From Thermodesulfobacteriota bacterium (lineage in GTDB: Bacteria; Desulfobacterota_D; UBA1144; Nemesobacterales; Nemesobacteraceae): DNA of 64,000 nucleotides. Numbering within the stretch: the stretch's first letter is position 1; each line of letters starts with the position of its first letter. Below, piece after piece: positions 49,382-58,883 of this stretch. Made by a program: the position numbers and the translations under genes. The notes under the pieces were generated by a model. The model had not been told where the DNA came from. It worked only from the letters and a program-made list of their open reading frames with translations, and searched no databases. Location: assembly GCA_965249045.1 (NCBI GenBank), contig OZ252213.1:799971-863970 (forward strand), written 5' to 3'.

Positions 49382-50256
49382 TTTTTACTTTCACATGAAA
49401 TGATGAAAAATTCCGATTTTATCCTGTCCCTCAGCTCGTTTGGGGGAGGGGGCAGCGGTGAAGCTGCGTCTACGGCCTTTATGCAGTAAGAATCGAAACT
49501 TCTGTTTCCGGAACTTGTTTCTATACCTACGTCGTACACCTCTCCGTTTTCTCTCATATGAAAATTCACTTGGGCCGCGAGAAAAGCGCTGGAATCTATG
49601 TTAAGGGGCAGGATAAGGTTTCTCTGTATCCGTTTCGATATTGTTTTGTAATAAACGTCAAGCACAAGCGAGATGAGCCCCGGACCGGCCTTTTTGGAGG
49701 CAGGCTGGGCTGACGCCGCTTCCTCTGCTTTCTCGATACTCCTCAAAACGGATTCCTTTTTGATGTCCCTGATAACTTCTCTCTTTCCGGAGTCAAGAGG
49801 ATTTTCCTCGGCAGCAGCTTCCTCTTTCTCAGTTTCGGGCTTCGTGCTCTGCGCGGTCTTTTCTGCAACTGTCTCCTTGCGTGTTGCTACAGGCTCCTTC
49901 CGCTTCTCGGGGGGTTTTGTTTCCGCCGGGGAAACTTTGGGGAGTTCCTGCTTTTTCGCCACGAGTGCAGGCGGACGCTCTTTTTTCCTCTCGGGGGTTT
50001 TCACCTGTGCCGAGGGAGTTTTTTTAACTTTTTTCTCCGCACTTTTTTTTGGTTTCTGGGGACGACTGGGTGACTTTACATCTGATTTTTTTTTGTCGAC
50101 ACGCGGAGCATGGGTCGAAAGTGATACTTCTATTGAACTTTCCGGGGAAACCTCCCCGTGTCCCCCCACTCCCAGAGAAAGCAGACAGACAACAAGCAGA
50201 TGAAGACCCAGAGAAACAAAAAGCCCTTTGCGAAATAGATTCTCTTCTCCCTTCAT
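49378..50256 (-). CDS. tolA: TolA/TonB-like protein
   Basis: SxxxH TM segment, Lys/Glu/Pro-rich linker, SSGNxxFD C-terminal domain; follows tolQR. Confidence 0.75.
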   Translation of the reverse strand: MKGEENLFRKGLFVSLGLHLLVVCLLSLGVGGHGEVSPESSIEVSLSTHAPRVDKKKSDVKSPSRPQKPKKSAEKKVKKTPSAQVKTPERKKERPPALVAKKQELPKVSPAETKPPEKRKEPVATRKETVAEKTAQSTKPETEKEEAAAEENPLDSGKREVIRDIKKESVLRSIEKAEEAASAQPASKKAGPGLISLVLDVYYKTISKRIQRNLILPLNIDSSAFLAAQVNFHMRENGEVYDVGIETSSGNRSFDSYCIKAVDAASPLPPPPNELRDRIKSEFFIISCESKK

Positions 50257-50260
50257 CTCT

Positions 50261-50716
50261 TTACATGTTCGCTTTTATATCCTTTATGCTTTTTGACTCC
50301 GTGACGAGACTTAGCCTCTCAACGCCAGCTTTTTTTATCTCGTCTATTACCTTTACCACGAATTCGTACCTGACCGATTTGTCAGCTCTGAGAAAAACCC
50401 GCCCACTCTCGGGCGTTGTTCCCTCCGCTTTCATGATGTTGCCGAGAGCGGTGGCGATTTCTGGAAGCGGATAGCTGGTGTCTTCGAGAAATATCTTTCC
50501 GGATCCCGTCAGGGTCACGGTTATTCTTTTCTGGTTTTTTATCGGGATTTTAGAAGACGCCGTTTGCGGAAGGTTTACCTTGATTCCCTGGTAGAGTATG
50601 GGAGTGGTGACCATGAAGATAACCAGGAGAACCAGCATTACGTCAACAAAGGGAGTGACGTTTATCTCCGAGAGCACTGATCTGTGCCAGCCTGTATTGA
50701 ATTTTCCCGCTGCCAT
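50261..50716 (-). CDS. tolR: TolR/ExbD
   Basis: INVTPFVDVMLVLL, LRADK. Confidence 0.88.
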   Translation of the reverse strand: MAAGKFNTGWHRSVLSEINVTPFVDVMLVLLVIFMVTTPILYQGIKVNLPQTASSKIPIKNQKRITVTLTGSGKIFLEDTSYPLPEIATALGNIMKAEGTTPESGRVFLRADKSVRYEFVVKVIDEIKKAGVERLSLVTESKSIKDIKANM

Positions 50717-50732
50717 GAAGCGAAATTCCCCG

Positions 50733-51449
50733 TTACCTGTTTAGATATCTTTCCGCCGTGTTTAAAAATCCGGCGCAGAAATTCTCCATTTCCACTTCCA
50801 TCGCTCTTACCCGGTTGACAAAGTAGTTGTAGGCCACTGTGGCGGGGATGGCGGCCGCGAGACCGAAGGCGGTCGCTATAAGTGCCTCCGCAATTCCCGG
50901 AGCCACGACCCCAAGCGAGGGAACCCCTTTGCTTCCCGCGAGTCCTATGAAGGAGTTCATAATACCCCACACGGTTCCAAACAGCCCTATAAACGGGGCT
51001 GAACTGCCGGTGGTGGCAAGAAAAACCAGAGACTTCTCAAGTTTTGAAGCCTCCGCGGTCATCGCTCTGTTAAGCGCCCTTTCCACGAGGTCTACGGATT
51101 CGGAACGAGAAGAAATGTCCCCATGCTGCTGAGGGTCGAGTTCGCCTCGACTTTTCTTCTTGTCCGTTTTCACCACTTCCGCGTAACCCGCCCTGAACAA
51201 TTCGGCAACCGGACCGCCGACTTTCTCCGAGAAGGAAAGAAGCGCTCTCATGTCTTCGTTTGAATGATAAAGATTGAGAAACGCGGCTGATTTCTTGGAA
51301 GAACTTCTTAGAAGATGGAATTTCGAGTAGATAATCGCCCAGGAAAAAATGGACATAAAAATTAAAACCAGAAGCACGACCTTGACCACGGGCCCGGTGC
51401 TTACAAGCAGCATTAATATGTTGTTTGTTCCTTCCGTGAACAGATTCAT
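50733..51449 (-). CDS. tolQ: TolQ/ExbB
   Basis: APFIGLFGTVWGIM, VAPGIAEALIATA. Confidence 0.9.
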   Translation of the reverse strand: MNLFTEGTNNILMLLVSTGPVVKVVLLVLIFMSIFSWAIIYSKFHLLRSSSKKSAAFLNLYHSNEDMRALLSFSEKVGGPVAELFRAGYAEVVKTDKKKSRGELDPQQHGDISSRSESVDLVERALNRAMTAEASKLEKSLVFLATTGSSAPFIGLFGTVWGIMNSFIGLAGSKGVPSLGVVAPGIAEALIATAFGLAAAIPATVAYNYFVNRVRAMEVEMENFCAGFLNTAERYLNR

Positions 51450-51704
51450 AAGGAGTGCTTAGGCGAAATTCGAAAACTCCAGTTCCGTCGGTAAATTTTT
51501 CAAGCCATGTCGCGGATGGCACGCGGTCGGATAACCCAATGCCGAGCGAAGAGATAACCGCTGATAGGAATCAGACAGGAAATCTTAACCATATTATCAT
51601 ACCCGTTTTGGGGGATTAAACATCCCTTCACGGTCAGGTACAATTGAAAAACCGAGTTGATTTGGCGAATATACGTCAATACCGCGCTTAATGGAGGAAC
51701 CAAG

Positions 51705-52151
51705 GTGTCAGTAAAACATTGTTTCTCGGCCGTTTTTATCCTGATTTTCTTTCTTGCGACCGCTGCTGTGGTTCGTGCGGAGGAGGGCAGATACACGGTC
51801 GTAGTGGAAGAAAGTTTCTATACCGTGGCGCCCGAGAACCGTGACGAGTTTCTCAGGGTATACAGAACACGTCTTTTTCCTTTCTGGCAGGAAATGAAAA
51901 AGATGGGTATCACCGTTGACGATTACAGGCTGTATTCACAGAGAATACATACCATAAAGCCGCTTTGGACCTACAAGACCGTAGTTAAATTCAAAAACTA
52001 CGCGGCTATAGACAAGTGGCTTGAGATAAGAGACGAGGTATACAGAAAAATGTTTCCCGGGGAAAAGGGTTACAAGGAACCGAGAAAAATAATAGACGCC
52101 ATTTCCGGGAATCACTGGGACGAGTTCATAAGGGAAATCCCGCTTGACTGA
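51705..52151 (+). CDS. Secreted hypothetical protein (possibly NIPSNAP-like)
   Basis: GTG start with GGAGG SD; signal peptide ending VRA; fold guess only. Confidence 0.6.
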   Translation: MSVKHCFSAVFILIFFLATAAVVRAEEGRYTVVVEESFYTVAPENRDEFLRVYRTRLFPFWQEMKKMGITVDDYRLYSQRIHTIKPLWTYKTVVKFKNYAAIDKWLEIRDEVYRKMFPGEKGYKEPRKIIDAISGNHWDEFIREIPLD

Positions 52152-52175
52152 TGGTCTTCTGATTCTTTGTGCAGA

Positions 52176-53201
52176 TCAGAGAAGCTTCGGCTGACTCTCG
52201 GTTCGGCTGAGTCCGAGGTGCCCGTAGGCAAGCTGCGTAGCCTTTCTTCCCCTAGGGGTTTTCTCCACGAGTCCCTCCCTTATAAGAAAGGGTTCATAAA
52301 CGTTTTCTATTGTGTCTTTGTCCTCGCTTACCGCGGCTGAGATGGTGTCTATTCCTACCGGACCGCCTCCGAATTTTTCGATTATGGCGGTTAGTATCGC
52401 CCTGTCAAGGTTATCAAGCCCCCTTGAATCGATCTCAAGCATCGAAAGCGCGTCCTGGACCACGGGTTCGGTTATACGACCGTCCGATTTCATCTGGGCG
52501 TAGTCTCTTACCCTCTTAAGAAGCCTGTTGGCTATCCTGGGAGTTCCCCTTGCTCTCGAGGTCATTTCCTGGGCACCCTCATCCGTTACCTCGACTCCCA
52601 GAATCCCGGAGGACCTTTTCACTATGCTTGAAAGTTCTTCCGTGCTGTAGTAATCAAGCCTGAGTTCAACTCCGAACCGGGAGCGAAACGGGGAGGTAAG
52701 AAGTCCCGTTCTCGTGGTCGCTCCTATGAGCGTAAACCTGTTCAGATTTATTTTCACTGACCTCGCCGTAGGACCTTCTCCTATCATGAGGTCGATGTTG
52801 AAATCCTCCATCGCGGAATAGAGATATTCCTCGACGACCCTGCTTATCCTGTGTATCTCGTCGATGAAAAGCACGTCTTTTTCACCAAGATTGGTAAGCA
52901 TGGAGGCGAGATCTCCGGTTCTTTCGAGGACCGGACCCGAGGTGAGATGCAGACCCACGCCGAGTTCGTTTGCGAATATGTGCGCGAGGGTGGTCTTTCC
53001 AAGTCCGGGGGGACCGGAAAGAAGCACGTGGTCAAGGGCTTCGCCTCTTGCCTTGGCGGCGCCGATAAATATGACGACCTGATCCTTTACGCTGGGCTGC
53101 CCGATAAAATCCTGAAGAAAAGCGGGACGAAGATTTACGTCCGTAAACTCATCTGTTTCCGTATATTCGGGCGAAACGGTTTTTTTTGTGTTCTGCGACA
53201 T
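52176..53201 (-). CDS. ruvB: Holliday junction helicase RuvB
   Basis: [22 protein letters not shown]. Confidence 0.97.
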   Translation of the reverse strand: MSQNTKKTVSPEYTETDEFTDVNLRPAFLQDFIGQPSVKDQVVIFIGAAKARGEALDHVLLSGPPGLGKTTLAHIFANELGVGLHLTSGPVLERTGDLASMLTNLGEKDVLFIDEIHRISRVVEEYLYSAMEDFNIDLMIGEGPTARSVKINLNRFTLIGATTRTGLLTSPFRSRFGVELRLDYYSTEELSSIVKRSSGILGVEVTDEGAQEMTSRARGTPRIANRLLKRVRDYAQMKSDGRITEPVVQDALSMLEIDSRGLDNLDRAILTAIIEKFGGGPVGIDTISAAVSEDKDTIENVYEPFLIREGLVEKTPRGRKATQLAYGHLGLSRTESQPKLL

Positions 53202-53786
53202 CTAGTTTCTGATTACCTTAAGAGAATCCTTGAGAACGTCCTCGATGGATTCCGAGACTTCGATGATTTTTTTGATCTCGGAGGTTTTTTTCTCCACCTC
53301 AGACCTAGTGTAACCCAGGTTAAGCAGCGCGGAGACCGTATCGTTTAACATGGTGTTTGATATTGAGGACTCTTCATCCACAGCGAGATCATCAAGCTTG
53401 TCTTTAAGTTCGTTTACTATCTTGGTGGCGGTTTTGGTGCCGATTCCGCGGATTTTTCTCTGCGCGAGGGTTCCGTTTGTTATGGATCTTACAAGCTCCG
53501 GAACTGAAATGTTGGAAAGCACGTTTGTTGCCGCTTTTGGTCCTATGCCGGAAACGCTGATGAGTTTTTCAAAAAGTTTTTTCTCCTCGTCGGTGAGAAA
53601 GCCGAACAGTTCGATGCTGTTTTCCCTGTGACTGGTGTGTATTTTCAGTTCAACCTTTCCCCCGACTGCTCCCAGATCGTAGTAAGTCGAGAGGGGAACG
53701 GTAACGCCGTAGCCGACCCCGCCTACGTCAACGACGACGGTTCCGATTTCCTTACAAGCGATTACGCCTCTAAGCAGATAGATCAT
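53202..53786 (-). CDS. ruvA: Holliday junction binding protein RuvA
   Basis: GGVGY, LFGF, VSGIGPK, ALLNLGY. Confidence 0.95.
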   Translation of the reverse strand: MIYLLRGVIACKEIGTVVVDVGGVGYGVTVPLSTYYDLGAVGGKVELKIHTSHRENSIELFGFLTDEEKKLFEKLISVSGIGPKAATNVLSNISVPELVRSITNGTLAQRKIRGIGTKTATKIVNELKDKLDDLAVDEESSISNTMLNDTVSALLNLGYTRSEVEKKTSEIKKIIEVSESIEDVLKDSLKVIRN

Positions 53787-54357
53787 TTATCGTGTATCTC
53801 TTTTTCCTGCGTCGGTTGCCTACGCCTTTAAGCTCACCGTCCGGCATTCCGTATCTTGAAAAGTTTAAGTGGCAGATCGCGATCGCAAGCGCGTCGGACT
53901 CGTCCGTGCTCCGAAATTCACTGACTCCGAGCATGTAGGAGAGCATTTTCGCCATCTCTTCCTTGCCCGCCCTGCCTTTGCCGGTCAGGGCAAGCTTTAC
54001 CCTCGTTGGGGCGTACTCGCTTACCGGTATTCCCCTTTGCGCCGCCGCCAGGATTACTACCCCTCTTGACTGGCCGAGTTTTATGGCGCTCCTCGCGTTT
54101 TTGGCGAAAAACATCTCCTCGACCGATACGACCGATGGACCGTAATCGTCAATTACTCTCAGGATTCCGACGTAAATGTCGTTAAGTCTTTCGGCAGTTG
54201 AGCTTCCGGATGCGGGAGCAATCGCTCCGCTGGTTACGTAGCTTAGCTGGCTCCCCGAGCCGTCCACGATTCCGTAGCCGCAGTATCTTGATCCCGGGTC
54301 AATTCCCATGACCCTGGTGTCGGAATTATTATGGGAATTATATACAATGCTATCCAT
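53770..54357 (-). CDS. ruvC: Crossover junction endodeoxyribonuclease RuvC
   Basis: GIDPG, VEEMFF, DESDALAIA; the first 8 codons come from the inserted element. Confidence 0.93.
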   Translation of the reverse strand: MDSIVYNSHNNSDTRVMGIDPGSRYCGYGIVDGSGSQLSYVTSGAIAPASGSSTAERLNDIYVGILRVIDDYGPSVVSVEEMFFAKNARSAIKLGQSRGVVILAAAQRGIPVSEYAPTRVKLALTGKGRAGKEEMAKMLSYMLGVSEFRSTDESDALAIAICHLNFSRYGMPDGELKGVGNRRRKKRYTINDLSA

Positions 54358-55630
54358 CAGTTGGTCAGCCTCGCATCAATTTCACGGTTCACAGGGGCTG
54401 TACTAATACCAGCACCCTCCCCGTGCAGTTGCGCCATTCTTAGACGCCGGATGTTTACCGCGGCGTTCGTATCCGCATTGGATACGAAGCCACAACAAAC
54501 GCATTGGAACCGCGATTGAGTTTTGCGGTTCTCTTTATGTGCATGCCCGCATTCCGAGCAGGTTTGCGAAGTGTAGGCGGGATGCACTTCAATCAGTCTC
54601 CCACACTTGTATTCCAAGTTCTTTCTTATCTTCCCGAAGGCCGTATCCAGAATTCCGCTGTTCAATCTGGCTTTCTGCCTTACGTTTTTCCCGGGATTTT
54701 CAACTGTTCCTTTTGCGGAAGCCGTCATGTTCCTGACCTTGAGGTCTTCCACCGCAAGAGTTCCGCATCTGCCTGCCAATTCTCTGGTAGTTTGATGAAT
54801 CCAGTTCTTGCGTATGTTGGCTATCTTCCTGCTTACCTTCCGGAGTTTCTTCTTGGTATCTTTCCGCCTGTTTGAACCTTTGACCTGTCGCGCCATCTTC
54901 CTTTGATACCACTTCCTTCTTGCTTCTTTCTTGCTCATGTCGGGCATAAAGTAAGAATGTCCATCTGAGTCGGCAAGCTGGTGGATGTTCATGTCGATAC
55001 CGAGAACCTCGCTGCCATCAGCTTTTTCTTCTACTTCGACTTCGTAGAAGACAAAGGCTCTCCACCTCTGTCCGTCATGGCGAAGCACCACCTGCTTCGG
55101 TGTGCCGTTCTCCCAAGGATTGCCTCCCCCGCGCACCAGTTTCACCCACCCAACCCTGGAAACACGAAGCAAGGTGTATTTGCCTTCACGGTTTTTTATT
55201 TCAAAGTTGTTTGTATCGGGAAGAATGAAGCTGGGAGCAGTCCTCTTTCTGCTTCTTGGCTTCGGAAAGCCCTTATTACCTTGCATTGCTTGTTTCAAGG
55301 CATCCGCAAAATGCTTGAGTGTATATTTAACTGGATTGGCGGGAAGTTCCCGCAACCATGCCGTCTCGTGCCTCAGCTTGGTAAACTCCACACCTAGGCT
55401 GAAATAGCTGGCAGACGGCCTGTTCCCATTGCCGTCCCTGAACTTCTGGTAACTGCTAAGGTTCTTCTCTCTGAAATGGTTCCAGACAAACCTGCAGGCT
55501 CCAGCTATCCGAAACATCTTCCTTGCCTTGGCCCTGCTTGTGGGCAGGACAACGAACTCCACCGAACGGATTTCTTTGCTCATTGTCATCTGCTCTGCGC
55601 GATTGATGGGTAAAATTGTATATAATCCCC
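54333..55630 (-). mobile_element. Non-autonomous TIR-bounded element carrying tnpB; 8-bp target site duplication
   Basis: TIRs at 54333-54359 and 55604-55630 (23/27 identical); ATTATTAT at 54325-54332 and 55631-55638; no transposase inside. Confidence 0.85.
54357..55589 (-). CDS. tnpB: RNA-guided endonuclease TnpB family protein
   Basis: GACRFVWN; RuvC-I GIDMN, RuvC-II VEDL, YTSQTCSECG..CVCCG Zn finger, RuvC-III NADTNAA. Confidence 0.93.
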   Translation of the reverse strand: MTMSKEIRSVEFVVLPTSRAKARKMFRIAGACRFVWNHFREKNLSSYQKFRDGNGNRPSASYFSLGVEFTKLRHETAWLRELPANPVKYTLKHFADALKQAMQGNKGFPKPRSRKRTAPSFILPDTNNFEIKNREGKYTLLRVSRVGWVKLVRGGGNPWENGTPKQVVLRHDGQRWRAFVFYEVEVEEKADGSEVLGIDMNIHQLADSDGHSYFMPDMSKKEARRKWYQRKMARQVKGSNRRKDTKKKLRKVSRKIANIRKNWIHQTTRELAGRCGTLAVEDLKVRNMTASAKGTVENPGKNVRQKARLNSGILDTAFGKIRKNLEYKCGRLIEVHPAYTSQTCSECGHAHKENRKTQSRFQCVCCGFVSNADTNAAVNIRRLRMAQLHGEGAGISTAPVNREIDARLTN

Positions 55631-55634
55631 ATTA

Positions 55635-56381
55635 TTATCCAATTGCTTCGAGTAATTGTTCGTCTATATCGAAGTTGGCGTACACGTTCTGAACGTCGTC
55701 GCTGTCTTCAAGCGCTTCCATGAGCCTTATCATGTGCTCGGCATCCCGGCCTTCAATCCTCACGCTTGTCTGCGGTATCATGGTGACTTCGGCGGATTCG
55801 TACTGGATTCCGGCATCGGAAACCGCTCTTTTTACTGTTTCATAGTTCTCAGTCGGAGCTACCACCACGATCTCGCTGTCTTCGGTACGCACATCGTCGG
55901 CCCCTGCGTCTATAACCAGATCGAAAAGAGTGTCCTCATCAACCGAGTCTGTCGGAAATGCGATTCTTCCCCTCAGATCGAACATCCACGCCACGCAGCC
56001 GTTCTCGCCTAGCCCTCCGCCGTGTTTCGTGAATATTCTTCTTATTTCGGAGACAGTCCTGTTTTTGTTGTCGGTAAGAGTCTTTACGTATACGGCGCTT
56101 CCGCCGGGTCCATAGCCTTCGTAGAATATTTCGTTGTAGACTACTCCCTCGATGTCCCCTGTGCCCCGCTTTATCGCCCTGTCGATCGTGTCGTTAGGCA
56201 TGTTAGCGCCCTTCGCGGTCGCTATGGCGGTGCGAAGACGCGGATTGGATTCCGGATCGCTTCCTCTTTCCTTCGCGGCAACCGTAAGTTCCCTGATAAG
56301 CTTGGTGAATGCCTTGCCCCGCTTGGCGTCAACCGCAGCTTTTCTGTGTTTTATATTTGCCCATTTGGAATGACCCGCCAT
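55635..56381 (-). CDS. yebC: YebC/PmpR family protein
   Basis: [31 protein letters not shown]. Confidence 0.95.
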   Translation of the reverse strand: MAGHSKWANIKHRKAAVDAKRGKAFTKLIRELTVAAKERGSDPESNPRLRTAIATAKGANMPNDTIDRAIKRGTGDIEGVVYNEIFYEGYGPGGSAVYVKTLTDNKNRTVSEIRRIFTKHGGGLGENGCVAWMFDLRGRIAFPTDSVDEDTLFDLVIDAGADDVRTEDSEIVVVAPTENYETVKRAVSDAGIQYESAEVTMIPQTSVRIEGRDAEHMIRLMEALEDSDDVQNVYANFDIDEQLLEAIG

Positions 56382-56674
56382 CTTAGCTCACCCCCTTGTT
56401 TTTTTGTTTTTGCATATTTTTTCCTCTCAAGTATAACTGGAAATTGCTTCAAATTGCCACAACGGTACGAAAATCACCACGGTGGACAGGGAGTGACGCA
56501 AAAGCCGAAGTCCTTGACATTTGTTCTGATTCAAGTATCCTCCTTCTATAATTAGCCGCAGAATCCGAGGCGTTAACCGTGCTTGTCAGGCGGGAGCGGG
56601 GTTCTCAAGGAAAAGCTGGGAGGAGTTTCTGCGGAACAAAAGTCCTTTTCTTCTTGCAAGTTCGGTTTTAGGTA

Positions 56675-56703
56675 TTGACAAGCCCGTTACGCGGCAATAA
56701 TAT
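56675..56703 (+). promoter_or_regulatory. Putative sigma70 promoter of rho
   Basis: TTGACA-17 nt-TAATAT. Confidence 0.45.
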
Positions 56704-56839
56704 TATTACATCGGTTGTATCGGTTTTTCATTTTAAACTCTTAGCACACGCGATTATCGCATTCCTGACACCCCAAAAGACCTCGATTGTTTTTTGAACC
56801 AAAATTTCAACTATGCCTTAGTTCAAGGAGTTTCATCGT

Positions 56840-58165
56840 ATGGCAAAAGTCTCTAAAGCGGAAGCCGCCGACATTGTCCAGAAAGAAGAGGAGCAGGAAA
56901 ACGGAAACGGCAAGCTGGTTTACCTGAACGATCTCAGGGCGAAAAAGCCCTCGGATCTCATAGAACTGAGCAAACTGGCAGGCATTGAAGACACTGCCAG
57001 AATGGCAAAACAGGAATTGATATACTCCCTGCTTAAGGCGCAGAGCGAAAAACACGGTTCCATAATAGCTGAAGGAGTGCTTGAAATACTGACCGAAGGT
57101 TACGGCTTTCTAAGGTCCCCAAAGTACAGCTATCTGCCGAGCCCCGACGATATATACGTCTCAAAATCCCAGATAAGGTCTTTCAGCCTGAAAACCGGAG
57201 ACACGATAAGAGGCCTCGTGAGGCTTCCGAGAGAAGGAGAGAAAAATCTGGCTCTTCTGAAAATAGAGCAAGCCAATTATGACTCTCCCGAGATATGCAG
57301 GCGGAGAATGCCTTTTGAAAGCCTCGTTCCCCTTCACCCGGATAGAAAAATCGACCTTGAATATGACAAAAACGAGTTCTGCTCAAGGGTGATGAATCTT
57401 TTCGTGCCGGTGGGAAAGGGACAAAGAGCAGTGATAGTGGCTCCTCCACGAACCGGTAAGACCATAATCATCCAGAGGATAGCCAACGCGATAACGGAAA
57501 ATCACCCCGAAGTTGAACTGTTCGTGCTGCTTATAGATGAGCGCCCGGAGGAAGTTACCGACATGCAGAGGTCGGTCAAGGGAGAAGTCATCAGTTCAAC
57601 TTTTGATGAACCGGCGCAAAGGCACATACAGGTCGCCGACATGGTGATTGAGAAGGCAAAAAGGTACGTCGAGCACGGAAAAGATGTCGTTATTCTGCTA
57701 GACAGCCTCACCAGGCTCGCAAGAGCGAGCAACACCGTAAGCCCATCGAGCGGAAAAGTGCTCTCGGGAGGAATCGAGGCAAACGCTCTTCAGAGACCCA
57801 AAAGATTTTTCGGGGCGGCGAGGAATACCGAAGAAGGCGGGAGCCTTACTATAATAGCCACCGCCCTTATAGATACCGGGAGCCGGATGGACGAGGTTAT
57901 CTTCGAGGAGTTCAAGGGAACGGGAAACATGGAAGTGTACCTTGACAGGCGCCTTGCGGAGAGAAGGGTGTTTCCGGCCATAGATCTTCAGAGATCTGGA
58001 ACCAGGAAGGAAGAGCTGCTTATCCCAGAATCCGAGCTTAACCGCATATGGCTTCTTCGGAAGGTCCTCAATCCGATGAACACCACCGAGTCAATGGAAT
58101 TTCTGCTTGACAAGCTTCGGGGAACGAAGAGCAATGCAGAATTTCTGAATATGATGCACCAATGA
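56840..58165 (+). CDS. rho: Transcription termination factor Rho
   Basis: [32 protein letters not shown]. Confidence 0.97.
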   Translation: MAKVSKAEAADIVQKEEEQENGNGKLVYLNDLRAKKPSDLIELSKLAGIEDTARMAKQELIYSLLKAQSEKHGSIIAEGVLEILTEGYGFLRSPKYSYLPSPDDIYVSKSQIRSFSLKTGDTIRGLVRLPREGEKNLALLKIEQANYDSPEICRRRMPFESLVPLHPDRKIDLEYDKNEFCSRVMNLFVPVGKGQRAVIVAPPRTGKTIIIQRIANAITENHPEVELFVLLIDERPEEVTDMQRSVKGEVISSTFDEPAQRHIQVADMVIEKAKRYVEHGKDVVILLDSLTRLARASNTVSPSSGKVLSGGIEANALQRPKRFFGAARNTEEGGSLTIIATALIDTGSRMDEVIFEEFKGTGNMEVYLDRRLAERRVFPAIDLQRSGTRKEELLIPESELNRIWLLRKVLNPMNTTESMEFLLDKLRGTKSNAEFLNMMHQ

Positions 58166-58284
58166 GACGGTTCGTGTCTGAATCGGTTCACTAGTACCTT
58201 CCCATCGACTTCCTTGCACCTGACCTGAAGATAATACTTGCCGAAATATATGGAATTGGGGGATTATGGGGTCTTGTCCGTTTT

Positions 58285-58767
58285 TTATCGCTGTATACGT
58301 TTGGCCGTGCTGGTTTTTTGTTTAACTCGGCGCACTCTGGGATCGGTAATCCTGCCTTTAGTGACTGTTAAGCTGTGTTCTGATAAACACTGCTCAGTAA
58401 TACGGAGCAACTCCTCAGTTATTTGATTCTTAAGCAGAAAGCGCCGAAACTTGCAAAGAGTAGTCTCATCCGGAATTCTCTGCATCGACACTCCGGCAAA
58501 ACGGCGCATGGACTCAATATCATAAAGACTTTCTTCCATGGCAGGATCAGACAACCCATACCATTGCTGCATTAGATAAATCCGCAGCATAACCCTGGCC
58601 GGGATAGGTCGGCGTCCCTTGCGCGACTTCGGATATTTCTTTAATATCGGTTCAAGCAACTGTTTCCACGGTAAGACCTCATCCATCTTTTCGAGAAACC
58701 GCTGCTTACGGGTTACTTTCTTTTTGTTTTTGTAGGCTAAGTCAGAAAAACTGGGCTTGTTCAGCAT
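58285..58767 (-). pseudogene. Truncated IS5-family transposase (N-terminal domain only)
   Basis: MLRIYLMQQWYGLSDPAMEESLYD, IPDETTLCKFR; similarity ends at KGRITD, so no complete DDE domain. Confidence 0.85.
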
Positions 58768-58883
58768 TCCCCCCGCTCCTCGCTTCTTTATAAGAATATA
58801 CCACAATGACTTAATCGAGGTTTATTACATTGAGTTAGACCCTTAAATCATACATACTTAACCCCTAAGTCCGGTGACGAAGC

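Noticed and set aside
54394-54405. GGGGCTGTACTA resembling an IS1016-group end inside tnpB
   Set aside because: It lies within coding sequence, and no partner inverted repeat or TSD was found; probably coincidental.
58255-58850. Terminal inverted repeats for the IS5 remnant (GGGTCT at both sides)
   Set aside because: Only about 6 bp match and there is no convincing target duplication.
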